From NCBI GenBank assembly GCA_040902305.1, contig JBBDXN010000145.1, positions 3,734 to 67,733 of the forward strand: 64,000 bases of DNA, written 5' to 3'. This DNA comes from Candidatus Rokuibacteriota bacterium (GTDB taxonomy: Bacteria; Methylomirabilota; Methylomirabilia; Rokubacteriales; CSP1-6). Within the stretch, counting starts at the first letter, position 1, and each line of letters begins with the position of its first letter. This document shows, piece after piece, positions 63,274 through 64,000 of the stretch. The position numbers and the translations under genes are program-made. The notes beneath the pieces are model-generated. The model had not been told where the DNA came from, searched no databases, and saw only the letters and a list, made by a program, of their open reading frames with translations.

Positions 63274-64000
63274 TCAGGCGGTGTTTGCCTGATTCTTTTC
63301 GATGAGGAAATCGATGGTCCGGCGCTCGCCCAGGGAGTGACGGATCCCCCCCAGGTCCCCGCTCTGCTCGAGCATCCGGCGGACGGCGGGCGCCGGCCGC
63401 TGGCTGGCCTGGGCCACGCGCTCCACCTCGGCGTCCACGTCCGCGTCGGCCGCGGCCAGGCCCTCCTTCTCGGCGATGGCCTCGATCAACAACGCGCGCT
63501 TGACCGCCTTCTCGGCCCCCGGGCGGAGGTCTTCCAGGAGCTTCTTGTAGTCCCACGGCACGCGGTCGGGGTCCACGCCCTGCCGCCGCATGTGCTCCCG
63601 GGCGTGCTCGATCTGGTGACCCACCTGGCGCAGGATGAGCGCCTCCGGGACCTCGAAGGCGTGCCCGGCCATCACCGCGTCGAGCACCGCGGTCTCCAGC
63701 GCGCGGCGGTTGTCCGCGTCGCGCCGCGCCGCGAGCCCGGTGCGAACCTCGCCCTTGAGGGCCTCCAGCGTCTCGAAGGTGCCGCCCACGCTCTTGGCGA
63801 ACTCGTCGTCGAGCGCGGGCAGGATCTTCTCCTTCACCTCGGACACCGTGACGGAGGCCTCGGCCGACTTGCCCCGCAGCGCCTCGTTGCGATGGTCGTC
63901 GCCGAAGCGCACCCGGGTCTGGCGCGAGCCGCCCGCGGCCAACCCGATCACCGCTTCTTCCATCTCGGGCAGCACGCTGCCGCCCCCGATGACGAACCCG
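63274..64000 (-). CDS. tig: trigger factor, C-terminal part (gene continues past the window end)
   Basis: Track ORF 63274..63975 stays open to the window end. PPIase-to-C-terminal-arm region ...[14 protein letters not shown]...; conserved tig-clpP-clpX order. Confidence 0.9.
   Translation of the reverse strand, partial: GFVIGGGSVLPEMEEAVIGLAAGGSRQTRVRFGDDHRNEALRGKSAEASVTVSEVKEKILPALDDEFAKSVGGTFETLEALKGEVRTGLAARRDADNRRALETAVLDAVMAGHAFEVPEALILRQVGHQIEHAREHMRRQGVDPDRVPWDYKKLLEDLRPGAEKAVKRALLIEAIAEKEGLAAADADVDAEVERVAQASQRPAPAVRRMLEQSGDLGGIRHSLGERRTIDFLIEKNQANTA

Overview
High-GC (about 70%) bacterial chromosomal segment. It is gene-dense, most genes are on the minus strand, and many neighbours overlap by 1-4 nt at start/stop (ATGA, GTGA, TGATG). 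Most long ORFs in the six-frame track are antisense or out-of-frame artefacts of the GC bias. I kept about 65 CDS that show recognisable protein-family sequence. Housekeeping blocks: tig-clpP-clpX, rsmI, thiD-tatC-DEAD helicase, typA, tmk-holB-ricT-metG ... tatD, lhr. Other content: a sulfite reductase plus siroheme operon; envelope genes (pal, LysM/TPR lipoprotein, polysaccharide deacetylase, MscS); a class III cyclase; one RAYT-type Y1 transposase flanked by 29-bp inverted repeats. There is also a molybdenum/tungsten block: tupAB-modABC-tupC, moaC, a ModE-like regulator, and an XDH-family Mo-hydroxylase operon ending in an aldehyde dehydrogenase and a fused FAD-oxidoreductase-SelD. No rRNA, tRNA or CRISPR array was recognised. 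Main hunt results: (1) two adjacent exported redox genes (peroxiredoxin and TlpA-like thioredoxin fold) are each split by an in-frame TGA exactly at the catalytic Cys and followed by a SECIS-like hairpin, which suggests a translationally coupled selenoprotein pair; (2) an apparently leaderless poly-Cys sORF (TGT TGT TGT) plus a strong intrinsic terminator lies directly in front of sulfite reductase, a candidate cysteine-sensing attenuator; (3) a palindromic 22-mer repeat family has one copy translated in-frame inside metG; (4) a complete modABC cassette is nested inside a tupAB...tupC operon; (5) the selD fusion is co-operonic with the Mo hydroxylase; (6) there is a 125-bp-period tandem structured repeat; (7) the FAD subunit of the Mo hydroxylase has an apparent frameshift, and there are relics of a 1-Cys peroxiredoxin and a TusA-like gene. 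Taxonomy cannot be determined from this window. All calls were made by eye without tools. CDS ends follow the ORF track and were frame-checked; coordinates of small motifs may be off by 1-2 nt.
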